Below are positions 38,886 to 49,880 of a DNA stretch of 64,000 nucleotides, in pieces. Source of the DNA: an uncultured Pseudomonadota bacterium (GTDB taxonomy: Bacteria > Pseudomonadota > Gammaproteobacteria > CAJXQU01); contig CAJXQU010000008.1 of NCBI GenBank assembly GCA_913058255.1, positions 32,479-96,478 on the forward strand, given 5' to 3'. The notes under the pieces were generated by a model, which had not been told where the DNA came from, searched no databases, and saw only the letters and a program-made list of their open reading frames with translations. Position 1 is the stretch's first letter. Each line of letters starts with the position of its first letter. A program made the position numbers and the translations under genes.

Positions 38886-40931
38886 TTGGAAAAAACTATG
38901 AGCTTTTTTAATCAGAAAAAAAGGAAATCTAGTGCAGTATGCACCATTAGTACAAATTCTAGTCTATTACAGACAGATCTTGGTAATGTAAGTATCAATC
39001 CATCTTTCGTAGTGGCATTCACTTCACCCCATGTAGATTTGGATACCGTTGCAAACCAAATTAAATCTCGATTTACAAATATTCCCATGTTGATATGTAC
39101 AACAGCCGGTGAACTTTGTTCAGAAGATAAAAATTCATCTATGTACAAAACAACACCACTCGGTTGGGATAATATTGTTTTGCAATGTTTTGATGAATCG
39201 TTAATAGCAAAAGCGAGCATTGTTTCAGTACCTCTTGATTGTGAAGACTTACGTAGTGGAGACAATATCAAGCCCCTAGAATCACGTATCAGTGGATTAT
39301 CAAAAAGAATAAAACAAATTAATCCCGGGCTAGAAATCGATCATAAAGATACACTCGCTTATATATTAATGGATGGTCTATCTAGTTCAGAGTCATTCTT
39401 TATGGAAGCTCTCTATGACTCAGGAGCACTACCTTGCTTGTTTGTTGGAGGCTCTTCTGGTGGGTTATTCGATTTTCAATTTAGCTATATCCATGATGGA
39501 AATAAACGTTTAGAAAACCATGCTGTTATCGCATTCTTAAAAATGGCAAAAGATACGCGGTTTGGTATTTTCAAAACCCAAAATTTCATCCCTACAGACA
39601 CACATTTCAAAATTTCAAGTGCCTCTGTAGAAAAACGACAAATAAATCAAGTCATAGACAAACATGGGAACGTAACTTCATTTATAGGAGCGTTATGTGA
39701 ATATTTTAAATGTGCTCCAAATGACTTGGATCAAAGTTTAGCAGATTACTCATTTGCAATTTGGGTAAAAGATCAACTTTATGTACGTTCAATTGCAAGT
39801 ATCGATATAAAATCTGATCTCATTAATTTTTCTTGTGATATCGGCTCAGGTGAAGAACTTGTTTTAGTTAAACGTACCGGTTTAGTCGAAACTACACAAA
39901 ATGATTTCCGTAAATTCTCACTAGGAAAACCTAGCGAGCCCATTGCAGGTATTCTTAACGATTGTGTATTAAGACGGTTATGCAATGATTCAGAACTACC
40001 TAAAATGGATGGTATCTTTGGTGATACCCCCTTGATTGGCTTCTCAACCTTTGGAGAAATTCTCGGTTTAAACCTTAACCAAACTCTCAGTGCTATCTTT
40101 TTCTACAAGGTAGAAAAAGGTCAACAATTTAGTGATGAATATGTCGATAACTTTGTAGCACATTATGGTGAGTTCAAAGCGTTCTTTTTGCGACGACAAA
40201 CTGCAAAACTAACGGGCCTATCAAATGTCATTATTAAACAAATTGGAGATTATCGCTCAGGAATTTATCAAAATAAACTAGAAGTCAGTTACCAAGATCC
40301 AAGCATGCTCAAGCTTGTTGAGGATTTAAATCAACTCGGAGATGTCCTACAAGAGTCTCAAAATCTACGTGACTCAACTTCACAACACTTACAGTCAGCA
40401 TCTAGTGACCTATATGCATCGATGGAACAGCTAACAGATCAGTTATCTTCGCAAGGCAGCGTAATCAACGATGCAGGTGAAACCGTAAGCTACTTAGCTG
40501 ACCAAGCACAGAAAACAGCGACAGGTGCTTCAACGCTTGCCCAGACAGGTAACCAGATCCAAAACGTTGTTGAGGTTATTCAACAAATAGCGGATCAAAC
40601 TAACCTGCTGGCACTAAATGCGGCTATCGAAGCTGCGCGCGCAGGTGAAGCAGGTCGAGGCTTCTCTGTAGTTGCTGATGAAGTTAGAACTCTCGCAGAA
40701 AAATCACGTGATAGCGCAGGAACAATTGGTTCTGAAATATCATCACTCGCTGGTGAGATTATTCAATTCTCAAAACAAATCGAGCAACAATCGTCTGAAG
40801 TTTCAAATTTAAGTTCAATCCTTGATAACATCACTGATTATATGAATAAAACTGCAGATACTGCAAAAAATACAACACAGATTGCAGATCAACTAAGTAA
40901 TATTGTTGAAGAAAGTAAAAAAACTGGTTAG
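38886..40931 (+). CDS. Soluble methyl-accepting chemotaxis protein with FIST-type N-terminal sensor
   Basis: 681 aa with no hydrophobic TM segment. The N-terminal ~400 aa resemble FIST_N/FIST_C (..[18 protein letters not shown].., ..GFSTFGEI..). C-terminal MCP signalling hairpin [41 protein letters not shown]. Start is TTG 38886 (RBS GGGAGG) or ATG 38898. Confidence 0.85.
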   Translation: MEKTMSFFNQKKRKSSAVCTISTNSSLLQTDLGNVSINPSFVVAFTSPHVDLDTVANQIKSRFTNIPMLICTTAGELCSEDKNSSMYKTTPLGWDNIVLQCFDESLIAKASIVSVPLDCEDLRSGDNIKPLESRISGLSKRIKQINPGLEIDHKDTLAYILMDGLSSSESFFMEALYDSGALPCLFVGGSSGGLFDFQFSYIHDGNKRLENHAVIAFLKMAKDTRFGIFKTQNFIPTDTHFKISSASVEKRQINQVIDKHGNVTSFIGALCEYFKCAPNDLDQSLADYSFAIWVKDQLYVRSIASIDIKSDLINFSCDIGSGEELVLVKRTGLVETTQNDFRKFSLGKPSEPIAGILNDCVLRRLCNDSELPKMDGIFGDTPLIGFSTFGEILGLNLNQTLSAIFFYKVEKGQQFSDEYVDNFVAHYGEFKAFFLRRQTAKLTGLSNVIIKQIGDYRSGIYQNKLEVSYQDPSMLKLVEDLNQLGDVLQESQNLRDSTSQHLQSASSDLYASMEQLTDQLSSQGSVINDAGETVSYLADQAQKTATGASTLAQTGNQIQNVVEVIQQIADQTNLLALNAAIEAARAGEAGRGFSVVADEVRTLAEKSRDSAGTIGSEISSLAGEIIQFSKQIEQQSSEVSNLSSILDNITDYMNKTADTAKNTTQIADQLSNIVEESKKTG

Positions 40932-41102
40932 CAACATCGACTAGCTACTTCTCTGCTGAAGACTGCTTAGAATTAGAAGGAATTAGGGTCGCGCTCTGAG
41001 CGAGCCTTATGGTAAGGCAAACATTTTGTTTGTCAAAAAAATGGAGATTGAAAAATGATATGGAGAATGACACAGCTTAGGAGCGTAGGTGACGAGACAA
41101 CG

Positions 41103-41255
41103 ATGTCAGGTCATATAGAAGAAACACAAGAGAAGATAGAAGGTAATTCAAACACTTCTAATTTCATGAATAAAATCGCAGATCCTGCACAAAACACGCC
41201 ACAGATTGTAGAGCAACTAAACAGTGTTTTTGAAGAAAGTACAGAACCTGCTTGA
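41103..41255 (+). pseudogene. Duplicated 3'-end fragment of an MCP gene
   Basis: ...NFMNKIADPAQNTPQIVEQLNSVFEESTEPA* aligns with the end of the intact MCP, ...[31 protein letters not shown]. Nucleotide identity is about 78% and continues past the stop (AACATCGAC...ACTTCT). Confidence 0.7.
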
Positions 41256-41268
41256 TAACATCGACAAC

Positions 41269-41304
41269 CGACTTCTACGTTCCAAAGCGTAGAAGTCGTT
41301 CTTT
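41269..41304 (+). terminator. Rho-independent terminator
   Basis: CGACTTCTACG-(8 nt)-CGTAGAAGTCG followed by TTCTTT. Confidence 0.75.
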
Positions 41305-41496
41305 ACCCCACTGAGGATTTATTATTTCAGGTGATATAAGTACTTATATTTTTCTCAAATACTCTTCACTTCAAATACTTGTTCAGATCTATAAATCAAG
41401 CTTATTCTACTGCACTAAAAAAGGCTTCGACGCCTATAACTTAAATAATGAGGAACAGGATACGCAAAATACAAGGTCAGATACTGTCTTACAAGA

Positions 41497-41922
41497 TCAA
41501 GCAAAATTCTCATCAAATGATATTCCGTTTTTCAATACGCCATAAATAATATGTACCAGTTTTCTCGTCGCTACATCCACAATTGTCATCTTGGATTTTC
41601 CCACTGCCGTTAATCGTTTCTTCAGTTCAATGATTAACGGGTTGTATCGTAGTCCAACCAATGCAGGCATAAAAAAGGCTTTTCTCAATGAGGAACGTCT
41701 CATTTTTGACATCGTCGCACGGAATCGTAATGAGGTGCCAGTGGCTTCTATACAAACATGAGCGGTCGTTGCATCATGATGTTCCAACCACTCAAACAGA
41801 GCGGTAAATCCTTTTTTTGGATTGTTGATAAACTTTTTATGCTTGAGTTTTGTGTCTTTCAGTAAGGCTACGTCATATTTTAGTTTGGAGATGTCGATCC
41901 CCAGTGTGAGTTGGTCAATCAT
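41497..41922 (-). pseudogene. IS110-family transposase with large internal deletion
   Basis: 141 aa. The N-terminal ~62 aa (LGIDISKLKYDVAL...HVCIEATGT, DEDD/RuvC-like) are fused directly to the C-terminal ~60 aa (LRKAFFMPALVGLRYNP...GKSKMTIVDVATRKLVHIIYGVLK). About 200 central residues of a normal ~340-aa IS110 transposase are missing. Confidence 0.75.
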
Positions 41923-41985
41923 ATTTACTTTCGCTTAGCTCGTGATGCAGGTTCTCCTTAACAAGGACCTGAAATACCGTTCAGC

Positions 41986-42201
41986 GTGTTAAACAAAATC
42001 GGGGGGGATAACTACCCAGACTGGCAAAGTAGCTTTAGGTGGAAGTTATCTAAAGCCGTCGTAGCTGTGCTAATTCAGCGTGGAATAGTGACGACACTCC
42101 CAGTTGAATATATTGACATAGGCCTCGTCTATCCAAAAACACCAAATACTTCTGATGAAGGTATGGCACTGAATCGTCTTGTTGAGTTGGTTTTACAGTA
42201 A
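41986..42201 (+). pseudogene. OmpA/Pal-like C-terminal domain fragment
   Basis: LSKAVVAVLIQRGIV...PKTPNTSDEGMALNRLVELVLQ resembles LS..RA.AV...L...G....P.A.N.T.EGRA.NRRVE. Only the last ~70 aa are present, abutting the IS110 relic. Confidence 0.4.
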
Positions 42202-42345
42202 ACGAAAGCTATCTATTACTTAGAGCTTCTAGAAACATAGAAGTAACATACCTATGCTAAAGATTAGCCTGCTCTTATGTATAAACTTCATTCTAATGTT
42301 TCAGTGAAGAATCATATTTAGAAGCATACTTTTAGGCTCCTGTGT

Positions 42346-43527
42346 CTACTCTTCACGCCACATTTCTAATTTTATATCATCATAAGAAACCTCTCCTTCG
42401 TAGAAATTAATATGAGGATCACCAAAAAAGAAATAATCTGGCCAAATTTTATCACCTGATTCAGAATCAATCTTGCAGTTTGGGTTTTTATGATCAAATG
42501 CTCGGTTATAGTGCCAGACACATTGCTGATTAAGGTCAATCTCAGCAGTGTATTTTTTCTCTCCTCCATACTTAAAGTGACCACTGATCTGAACCGTCAC
42601 CTGGTTCTTATTTCGTTCAATCACAAGCTCGTACCATTGATCGGTTAAATAAGAATCTACCGCTTTTATCTGCCCTGAACGCTGCCATTGCGAATGGCTA
42701 AAACTAATAAATGGCTTACCATTTAGAGGATCCGTCTCCCCATTTCCATTTAAAGCGAATAACATGATCGGGTGTTTGCCGCTATCGATAAATTCAGTCC
42801 CATTCCAAACCTGAGACCAGGCCGGAAAGTGGTTATCAGAATCAATTACGATCTTTCGATGATGATGTAACCAAATATTATTATGCGGTCGTGGCACCGT
42901 GTCGGTTATAGCCAACCAGTAGAATCCATTTTCACTGGTTGAACTCTGATCTAGCCACGGATTTGCTCTTTCATCGCCATCGTAACCATTAAGTTTTTCT
43001 CCACTACCAAAATTCGGAAAACCAACTTTTAAACTAACCCGATATCGTCCTTGCAGCTGTTCACTCGATCGAATTAGAGTCGCATCGGTATGGTTTGGTG
43101 AGCTCAGTTTTAATACTTTATTATTCTTATTCACAGGATCGAGCTGTATGGAAAGCAAAGCACTTTGATCAGTGTTTCTATTTAGCGTATATGACTCTGC
43201 AGTCAGCCAACCGGTATGACTTAAACTCGTTTGACCGAAATGTGTAGTTAAGCGATAAGCTTGGGGTGGCTTAATCAACCTTTCAGAAAAGTAACGTCCA
43301 TTCTCAGAAAATTTATCATCATCAGGAAAATCATCTTTTTGCCATTTTTCGGTATGAATAACTTTGATATTTTCAAAGTCTTCTTGATAAATTAATTTCC
43401 AATCTGCAGATGAAGTCTGGTTATGGAAAATAAAAATGAAGGATAAAAGAAAAGATTTTTTCTTTACTTTAAAATAGAGCATTCGTTGCTTTGAATGCAA
43501 AACTGCCTTGAGTTCAGTCAGCCACAA
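42346..43527 (-). CDS. Hypothetical secreted protein (possibly lectin/glucanase-like beta-sandwich)
   Basis: 393-aa ORF starting 19 nt after the nuoN stop. The likely real start is Met16 (MLYFKVKKKSFLLSFIFIFHNQTSSA/DW signal). No catalytic motif recognised. Confidence 0.5.
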   Translation of the reverse strand: MWLTELKAVLHSKQRMLYFKVKKKSFLLSFIFIFHNQTSSADWKLIYQEDFENIKVIHTEKWQKDDFPDDDKFSENGRYFSERLIKPPQAYRLTTHFGQTSLSHTGWLTAESYTLNRNTDQSALLSIQLDPVNKNNKVLKLSSPNHTDATLIRSSEQLQGRYRVSLKVGFPNFGSGEKLNGYDGDERANPWLDQSSTSENGFYWLAITDTVPRPHNNIWLHHHRKIVIDSDNHFPAWSQVWNGTEFIDSGKHPIMLFALNGNGETDPLNGKPFISFSHSQWQRSGQIKAVDSYLTDQWYELVIERNKNQVTVQISGHFKYGGEKKYTAEIDLNQQCVWHYNRAFDHKNPNCKIDSESGDKIWPDYFFFGDPHINFYEGEVSYDDIKLEMWREE

Positions 43528-43546
43528 AAGAGATTAGTCGCAACCG

Positions 43547-44998
43547 TTATGTAAATACTGCGAAACAAATGCCAAGCAATGCACTTGGCATTATACCGAG
43601 TAGTAAAACAGTAATACCGTTTAGACTCAATGTAAATTTCAAGTCAGCTGAAGCAGTCACAGTGACCGACTCATCAACAGAATCGAAATACATTAAACGG
43701 ATTATGCGTAAATAATAAAAAGCACCAATAATCGCAAAGAACACCGCCACCGCAGCAAGCCATACATGCCCTACAGCAACAACTTCTTTCAAGACAAACC
43801 ACTTACTCCAGAATCCTACAAATGGAGGAACACCTGCCATAGAGAACATTAGAATCAACATGATTAGCGCAAACCAAGGGCTTCGTTGACTTAGTCCTTT
43901 CAGATCATCAAGCTGATCGGCTTCGTGACCGTTTCTACTATTTAAGATCACAATTCCAAAAGCACCAGCAGTCATAATAGTGTAGGTAATTGTATAAAAT
44001 AGCGACGCTGCATAACCACTGCTTGTTCCTGCGATCAAGCCTAATAGCATGTAACCCATATGCGCGATTGTGGAGTACGCCAACATACGTTTTATATTGG
44101 TTTGAGAGAGAGCAATAACATTACCGACAGCGATGGATAACACGGCAAGAATAGTCAGCATTTGCTGCCAATCCATACCCAAGCCACCAAGTCCATCGAC
44201 TAGCAATCGATATGCCAGCGCGAATCCCGCTAACTTTGGAGCCGTCCCTAAGAACATCGTGATAGCGGTTGGAGCTCCTTGATATACATCTGGTGCCCAC
44301 ATATGAAACGGTGCCACACCAAGTTTGAAAGCAATACCCGCGACAATAAAAACTAAACCAAATGTTAGCAACATCTTATCGTTTTGCGCACTCGCAACCG
44401 CCGCGCTAATTTCGGTAAGATTGAGACTTCCCGTTGCGCCATAAATCATCGACATACCGTACAACAGCATTCCTGATGCGATCGCACCTAAAACAAAGTA
44501 CTTCATTGCTGCTTCAGATGCTTCTCGCGATTCTCTATGCATCGCGACCAGCGCGTACATGGCTAAAGATAACAACTCTAAACCAAGATACATCGGTAAG
44601 AAGTTAGCCGCTGAAACCATGATCATCATGCCCAGCACGGCAAATAAAATCAGTACAAAATACTCACCTTTAAAGAGGCTTCTTTCTTCTAAATATTCAC
44701 GTGAATAGATAATAACGGTAAAGCTAATCCCATAAATAAAATATTTAAGAACATCGCTTAATCCATCACTAACATATAAACCATTGAATGCATTTTGTGA
44801 TGAAGCTGGGGATACCTTCCAAGTGAGTATAAATGTAAAAACTAAAGTGGCTAGAGATAACCAGTAAGCTAGTTTGCGATAGACAACCTTCTCACCCTGC
44901 CCTAAATAAACATCCGCTAATAAAACGATGCATGCCATACTGAGCATAAAAATTTCAGGAGTAGCGATAATGTAATTCATGAGATTAGCCGTGCTCAA
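43547..44998 (-). CDS. nuoN: NADH-quinone oxidoreductase subunit N
   Basis: 483-aa polytopic antiporter-like subunit in the last position of the nuo operon. Confidence 0.9.
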   Translation of the reverse strand: MSTANLMNYIIATPEIFMLSMACIVLLADVYLGQGEKVVYRKLAYWLSLATLVFTFILTWKVSPASSQNAFNGLYVSDGLSDVLKYFIYGISFTVIIYSREYLEERSLFKGEYFVLILFAVLGMMIMVSAANFLPMYLGLELLSLAMYALVAMHRESREASEAAMKYFVLGAIASGMLLYGMSMIYGATGSLNLTEISAAVASAQNDKMLLTFGLVFIVAGIAFKLGVAPFHMWAPDVYQGAPTAITMFLGTAPKLAGFALAYRLLVDGLGGLGMDWQQMLTILAVLSIAVGNVIALSQTNIKRMLAYSTIAHMGYMLLGLIAGTSSGYAASLFYTITYTIMTAGAFGIVILNSRNGHEADQLDDLKGLSQRSPWFALIMLILMFSMAGVPPFVGFWSKWFVLKEVVAVGHVWLAAVAVFFAIIGAFYYLRIIRLMYFDSVDESVTVTASADLKFTLSLNGITVLLLGIMPSALLGICFAVFT

Positions 44999-46521
44999 TT
45001 TAACTTACTCTGTGTAATATGTTGGATCAAGTTTTCAATGGTTGGATGCATCACTTCAAAAATTGGAGCGGGCCACAAACCAAATAACAAAACAAAAAAT
45101 GCTAGGCTAGCAAGAATAAGTTTTTCGCGCCCATTGATGTCTTGAAGTTTTGCCACTTCATCATTAGTCACTTCACCGAAAACCACGCGCTTGTACATCC
45201 ACAAAGTATAGGCGGCGCCCAAAATCAAAGTCATCGCTGCGAAGAAAGCAATCCAAAAACTCGCCTTAAATGCTGTCAATATAATTAAAAATTCGCCCAC
45301 AAAACCTGAAGTTCCAGGCAAGCCTGCATTGGCCATCGCAAATAACATCATAAAGGCTGCAAATGCGGGCATCGTATTGACTACACCACCGTAATCTTTG
45401 ATCTGTCGACTGTGCATTCGGTCATAAAGTACACCAACACAAAGGAACATGCCGCCAGAAATAAAGCCGTGAGAAATCATCTGCACCATGCTGCCTTCCA
45501 TCGCCATAACAGCACCATCTGTTGAACTAGTATTCGCGATGATTTTATAAATCATGAACATGCCTAGCGTAACGAAGCCCATATGCGAGATCGATGAATA
45601 TGCGATTAGCTTCTTCATATCACCTTGAGCCAGTGCGACAAAACCAATGTAAACGATCGCGATCAATGAAAGTACGATCATGATACTTGCAAATTCTTGA
45701 CTCGCATCTGGAGTGATAGGCATCGAAAAACGAAGGAAACCGTACCCTCCCATTTTTAACATGATAGCGGCTAAAATAACCGAGCCACCTGTCGGTGCTT
45801 CAACATGGGCATCAGGCAGCCAAGTATGAACTGGAAACATTGGAATTTTCACAGCAAAGGCGAGGAAGAACGCAACAAATATCCATTTTTGCGCGGCCAT
45901 TGATAGTGGCATGTCATGGAGTGTTTGAATATCAAAACTGCCGCCTTTGCTGTAAAGATACAGAAAAGCCACCAACATAAATACGGAGCCCAAGAAGGTG
46001 TATAGGAAGAACTTCACCGTTGCATAAATCCGGTTTGGTCCACCCCATATGCCGATTATCATAAACATCGGAATCAACATCGCTTCCCAAAATACATAAA
46101 AAAGCATCGCATCTTGAGCACTAAAGACGGCAACCATTAGGCCATTTAAGATCAGAAATGCACCGAGATATTGAGACTGACGATCAGTAATCGAATCCCA
46201 TGCAGCCAATACCACCAACACTGTTGTGAAGGTTGTTAAAAGAATTAACGGCATGGCAATTCCATCAATGCCGAGATGATAGTTAATATTAAAAACTTCT
46301 ATCCAAGGAATATTTTCAACGAACTGCATGGCGTGCGTGCTGTTATCAAAATCAAAATAGAGCGGAACCGATAGCGCAAATGTCAGTAATGAAGCGACCA
46401 ATGCGATCAACTTTGATGTACTGCTTTTTAAATGTGTATCAGCAAAAACTAACGCAAGCCCAACCAACACGGGCATCCAAATAATCAAACTCAACAATGG
46501 GAAATTAGAAACCATGGACAA
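44995..46521 (-). CDS. nuoM: NADH-quinone oxidoreductase subunit M
   Basis: 508-aa antiporter-like subunit. Overlaps the nuoN start by 4 nt. Confidence 0.9.
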   Translation of the reverse strand: MSMVSNFPLLSLIIWMPVLVGLALVFADTHLKSSTSKLIALVASLLTFALSVPLYFDFDNSTHAMQFVENIPWIEVFNINYHLGIDGIAMPLILLTTFTTVLVVLAAWDSITDRQSQYLGAFLILNGLMVAVFSAQDAMLFYVFWEAMLIPMFMIIGIWGGPNRIYATVKFFLYTFLGSVFMLVAFLYLYSKGGSFDIQTLHDMPLSMAAQKWIFVAFFLAFAVKIPMFPVHTWLPDAHVEAPTGGSVILAAIMLKMGGYGFLRFSMPITPDASQEFASIMIVLSLIAIVYIGFVALAQGDMKKLIAYSSISHMGFVTLGMFMIYKIIANTSSTDGAVMAMEGSMVQMISHGFISGGMFLCVGVLYDRMHSRQIKDYGGVVNTMPAFAAFMMLFAMANAGLPGTSGFVGEFLIILTAFKASFWIAFFAAMTLILGAAYTLWMYKRVVFGEVTNDEVAKLQDINGREKLILASLAFFVLLFGLWPAPIFEVMHPTIENLIQHITQSKLN

Positions 46522-48460
46522 AAATCCCTAGTAAGGCCAGCAATCCGAGAATCATGGCGAATGCATAATGATAAAGATAACCCGATTGGATATGTCTAAT
46601 TACACCGGAGATAAATCCAACAAATTTAGCTGAGCCATTAACCATCATTCCATCGATCATGAGACGATCACCAATATTGGAAAACAAACTTCCTAGCGCC
46701 CTTGCACCACCAGCAAAAAATATTTGGTTGAATTGATCGAAGCCATATTTTTTGGTTAACACCCAATGAATCGGTCGTAAAATCGACGCTAAATTCCCCG
46801 GCGCTTTAGGAAAACCAATGTAGCCTACCCAAGCAACGACAACACCAAGCATAGCTAAAATAAAGGGTAGTTGTGTTACACCATGTTTGATCATTTCAAA
46901 CCAACCATGAAAATGTTCGCCCATTTCTTTTAGTGAGTTATTCTCAGGAAAAACTAAAATACTACTGCCGAAATAATCACTAAATAACATTGGTTCTATA
47001 AATATCGCGCCAACCAAAACAGAAGGGATCGCCAATAAAATAAGTGGCATCGTCACCACCGAAGGTGATTCTTTCAAATGCGCACGGGTATGCTCATCCA
47101 TTCTTTCTTTACCGTGGAAGACCATAAAGATCAAACGGAAGGAGTACAGTGCGGTAATGAAAACGCCAGAGAGCACAGCCCAATAGGCAATGTCCGCACC
47201 GTAACGATCGGAATGATGTACCGCTTCTATAATGGCATCTTTAGAAAAGAAGCCAGCTAACCCCGGAAACCCGATCAATGCTAACGAGCCTATCAAGCTC
47301 GTTATCCAGGTGATCGGCATATACTTTCTTAATCCGCCCATCTTGCGCATATCTTGTTCGTGATGCATGCCGATAATCACCGAGCCGGCCGCAAGAAATA
47401 ATAATGCTTTAAAGAAAGCGTGTGTACCTAAATGGAAAATTGCCGCTGAATATGCAGATACGCCGAGCGCAACTGTCATATAGCCTAGTTGAGATAATGT
47501 TGAATAAGCCACAACTCGTTTGATATCCGTTTGAACAAGTCCTAGTAAGCCCATAAAGAAGGCTGTAAAGGCACCGATCAATAAAACAAAACTTAATGCG
47601 GTTTCAGATAACTCAAACAAAGGTGACATTCGTGCCACCATGAAGATCCCTGCAGTAACCATAGTCGCAGCATGAATCAAAGCTGAAATAGGCGTTGGGC
47701 CTTCCATCGAATCCGGTAGCCAAACATGTAAAGGGGCTTGCGCAGATTTACCCATTGCACCAATAAATAACAATATGCAAATAACCGTCATCAAAGACCA
47801 CTGCTTATCTGCCCAAATATTGATCGTTCTATCTGCCATGGCTGGAGCTTGTTGAAACACCTCGGCGTAATCCATTGAGTTGAAATACATCAACACTGCC
47901 GCTATGCCTAATAAGAAACCAAAGTCACCCACACGATTAACTAAGAATGCTTTTAAATTTGCAAAAATTGCTGTGTCTTTTTTAAACCAAAATCCGATCA
48001 ACAAATAAGAGACGAGTCCAACCGCTTCCCAGCCAAAAAAGAGCTGCATAAAGTTATTCGACATAACCAACATGAGCATGCTGAATGTAAAGAGCGAAAT
48101 GTAACTAAAGAAGCGTTGATAACCAGGGTCATCTTGCATATAACCGATGGTATAAATATGAACCATTAGCGAGACAAAGGTGACGATAACCATCATCGTA
48201 GTACTCAATTCATCGAGTAAAAAGCCGACATGAAAATTGATCCCACCACTGCTTAACCAGGTATAAAGATTAGTATTAAGCGGCTCTTCATCGCCCCAAA
48301 CTATCCCCATATAGACCAACAAAGACAGTGCAAAACTGATCGCAACACCTAATACTGTGATCCAGTGCGAACCTGTTCGTCCAATCTTCTTGCCAAATAG
48401 ACCGGCCATAATTGCAGCGACCAATGGGGCGAGGACGATAATGTAAGCATAATTAATCAT
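46505..48460 (-). CDS. nuoL: NADH-quinone oxidoreductase subunit L
   Basis: 651-aa antiporter-like subunit with a long C-terminal extension (lateral helix). Confidence 0.9.
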   Translation of the reverse strand: MINYAYIIVLAPLVAAIMAGLFGKKIGRTGSHWITVLGVAISFALSLLVYMGIVWGDEEPLNTNLYTWLSSGGINFHVGFLLDELSTTMMVIVTFVSLMVHIYTIGYMQDDPGYQRFFSYISLFTFSMLMLVMSNNFMQLFFGWEAVGLVSYLLIGFWFKKDTAIFANLKAFLVNRVGDFGFLLGIAAVLMYFNSMDYAEVFQQAPAMADRTINIWADKQWSLMTVICILLFIGAMGKSAQAPLHVWLPDSMEGPTPISALIHAATMVTAGIFMVARMSPLFELSETALSFVLLIGAFTAFFMGLLGLVQTDIKRVVAYSTLSQLGYMTVALGVSAYSAAIFHLGTHAFFKALLFLAAGSVIIGMHHEQDMRKMGGLRKYMPITWITSLIGSLALIGFPGLAGFFSKDAIIEAVHHSDRYGADIAYWAVLSGVFITALYSFRLIFMVFHGKERMDEHTRAHLKESPSVVTMPLILLAIPSVLVGAIFIEPMLFSDYFGSSILVFPENNSLKEMGEHFHGWFEMIKHGVTQLPFILAMLGVVVAWVGYIGFPKAPGNLASILRPIHWVLTKKYGFDQFNQIFFAGGARALGSLFSNIGDRLMIDGMMVNGSAKFVGFISGVIRHIQSGYLYHYAFAMILGLLALLGIFVHGF

Positions 48461-48466
48461 CAGTCA

Positions 48467-48775
48467 TCATCCTTTGAGGTCATCAAGTTCAGCAACATTA
48501 ATTGTGCCACGGTTGCGGAATAATACGACCAGAATAGCAAGGCCTATCGCAGCTTCTGCGGCTGCAACGGTAAGAATAAAAAACACGAATACTTGTCCGG
48601 CAATGTCACCTGCGAAGTGAGAAAAAGCGAGAAAATTCATATTTACTGACAACAACATCAATTCGATACACATAAGAATGATGATTAGATTTTTTCGGTT
48701 TAGAAAAATACCAGTGACGCTCAAGGTAAAAAGGATCGCACCGAGAATCAGAAAATGAGATAAGCTCAAACTCAT
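48467..48775 (-). CDS. nuoK: NADH-quinone oxidoreductase subunit K
   Basis: 102 aa with three TM helices. Assigned by operon position. Confidence 0.88.
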   Translation of the reverse strand: MSLSLSHFLILGAILFTLSVTGIFLNRKNLIIILMCIELMLLSVNMNFLAFSHFAGDIAGQVFVFFILTVAAAEAAIGLAILVVLFRNRGTINVAELDDLKG

Positions 48776-49398
48776 GATCTCTCCCCTTTATCCGTCACCG
48801 CATCCATTTTTACAATGCGTAATCGATCTTCTTTTTTAACGGATACTTGTTTAGATATATTCGGTGTTTTTGCACTACGTGATTTACGTAGACTCAGCAT
48901 AATCGCAGCAATAATTGCAACTAAAAGAATCACTGCAGCAATCTCGAACGCATAAACATAATCGGTGTATAAAACACGACCAAGCTCTTCAGTATTACTA
49001 TAATCTGCTGCATGACGTGCAGGTGGTGTTATTTGATCGGCTCCGAACTTATCCGGTCCAACGACACTAATCATCAAGCCCAACATGGAGACCGCGATGA
49101 CACCCCCAATCAATAGAAACTTAACGAACCCCTCTTTCAACACGGCTAAATCTATATCCAGCATCATCACCACAAACAAGAATAGCACCATGACCGCACC
49201 TACATAAACGAGAATTAAGGTGATAGCTAAAAACTCGGCTTCCAGCAACATCCAAATCGCAGAACTCGCGAAGAAGGACAGCACTAAAAATAAAGCAGCA
49301 TGGACAGGGTTTCGGACAAAGATAACCATGCTTGCAGCAACCACTAAAATGCTCGCAAATAGGTAAAAAACAATTAGATCATACGGCAATCCCATCAT
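48772..49398 (-). CDS. nuoJ: NADH-quinone oxidoreductase subunit J
   Basis: 208-aa membrane subunit. Assigned by operon position. Confidence 0.85.
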   Translation of the reverse strand: MMGLPYDLIVFYLFASILVVAASMVIFVRNPVHAALFLVLSFFASSAIWMLLEAEFLAITLILVYVGAVMVLFLFVVMMLDIDLAVLKEGFVKFLLIGGVIAVSMLGLMISVVGPDKFGADQITPPARHAADYSNTEELGRVLYTDYVYAFEIAAVILLVAIIAAIMLSLRKSRSAKTPNISKQVSVKKEDRLRIVKMDAVTDKGERS

Positions 49399-49880
49399 CG
49401 GTATTTCACCTCCACTTCTCGATCAGCAGCAATCTCGTCTTCAAGCAGCACAGCATTCGCTAAAAGTTTTTCTTTGGTCATGAGCAAGTCACTACGTTCT
49501 TCACCATGATATTCAAAGTGTCGTGATTCGACGATTGAATCTACTGGACAAGACTCTTCACAAAAACCGCAATAGATACATTTAGTCAGATCAATTTCAT
49601 ATTTTGTCGTTCGTCGTGAACCATCTTCGCGTTGCTCCGATTCAATAGTGATCGCTGCAGCCGGACAAACAGCTTCACATAACTTACAAGCAATACAACG
49701 CTCTTCACCATTAGGATAGCGTCGCAACGCATGCAGTCCTCTAAAACGAGGAGACTGAGGTGTTTTTTCGTCAGGATATTGAACCGTGATCTTACGTTCA
49801 ATTAGATGACTTCCCGTCTGTTTCAGACCTTTCAATAATTCCCAAAGGAATAAACTTTTTATCGTTTTCCAAATCTTCAT
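49395..49880 (-). CDS. nuoI: NADH-quinone oxidoreductase subunit I (2x[4Fe-4S])
   Basis: 161 aa with two ferredoxin motifs, [12 protein letters not shown] and [12 protein letters not shown]. Confidence 0.92.
   Translation of the reverse strand: MKIWKTIKSLFLWELLKGLKQTGSHLIERKITVQYPDEKTPQSPRFRGLHALRRYPNGEERCIACKLCEAVCPAAAITIESEQREDGSRRTTKYEIDLTKCIYCGFCEESCPVDSIVESRHFEYHGEERSDLLMTKEKLLANAVLLEDEIAADREVEVKYR

Noticed and set aside
41055-41255. 66-aa ORF as a genuine small gene
   Set aside because: The sequence is a diverged duplicate of the last ~50 codons of the upstream MCP gene, so I annotated it as a gene fragment.
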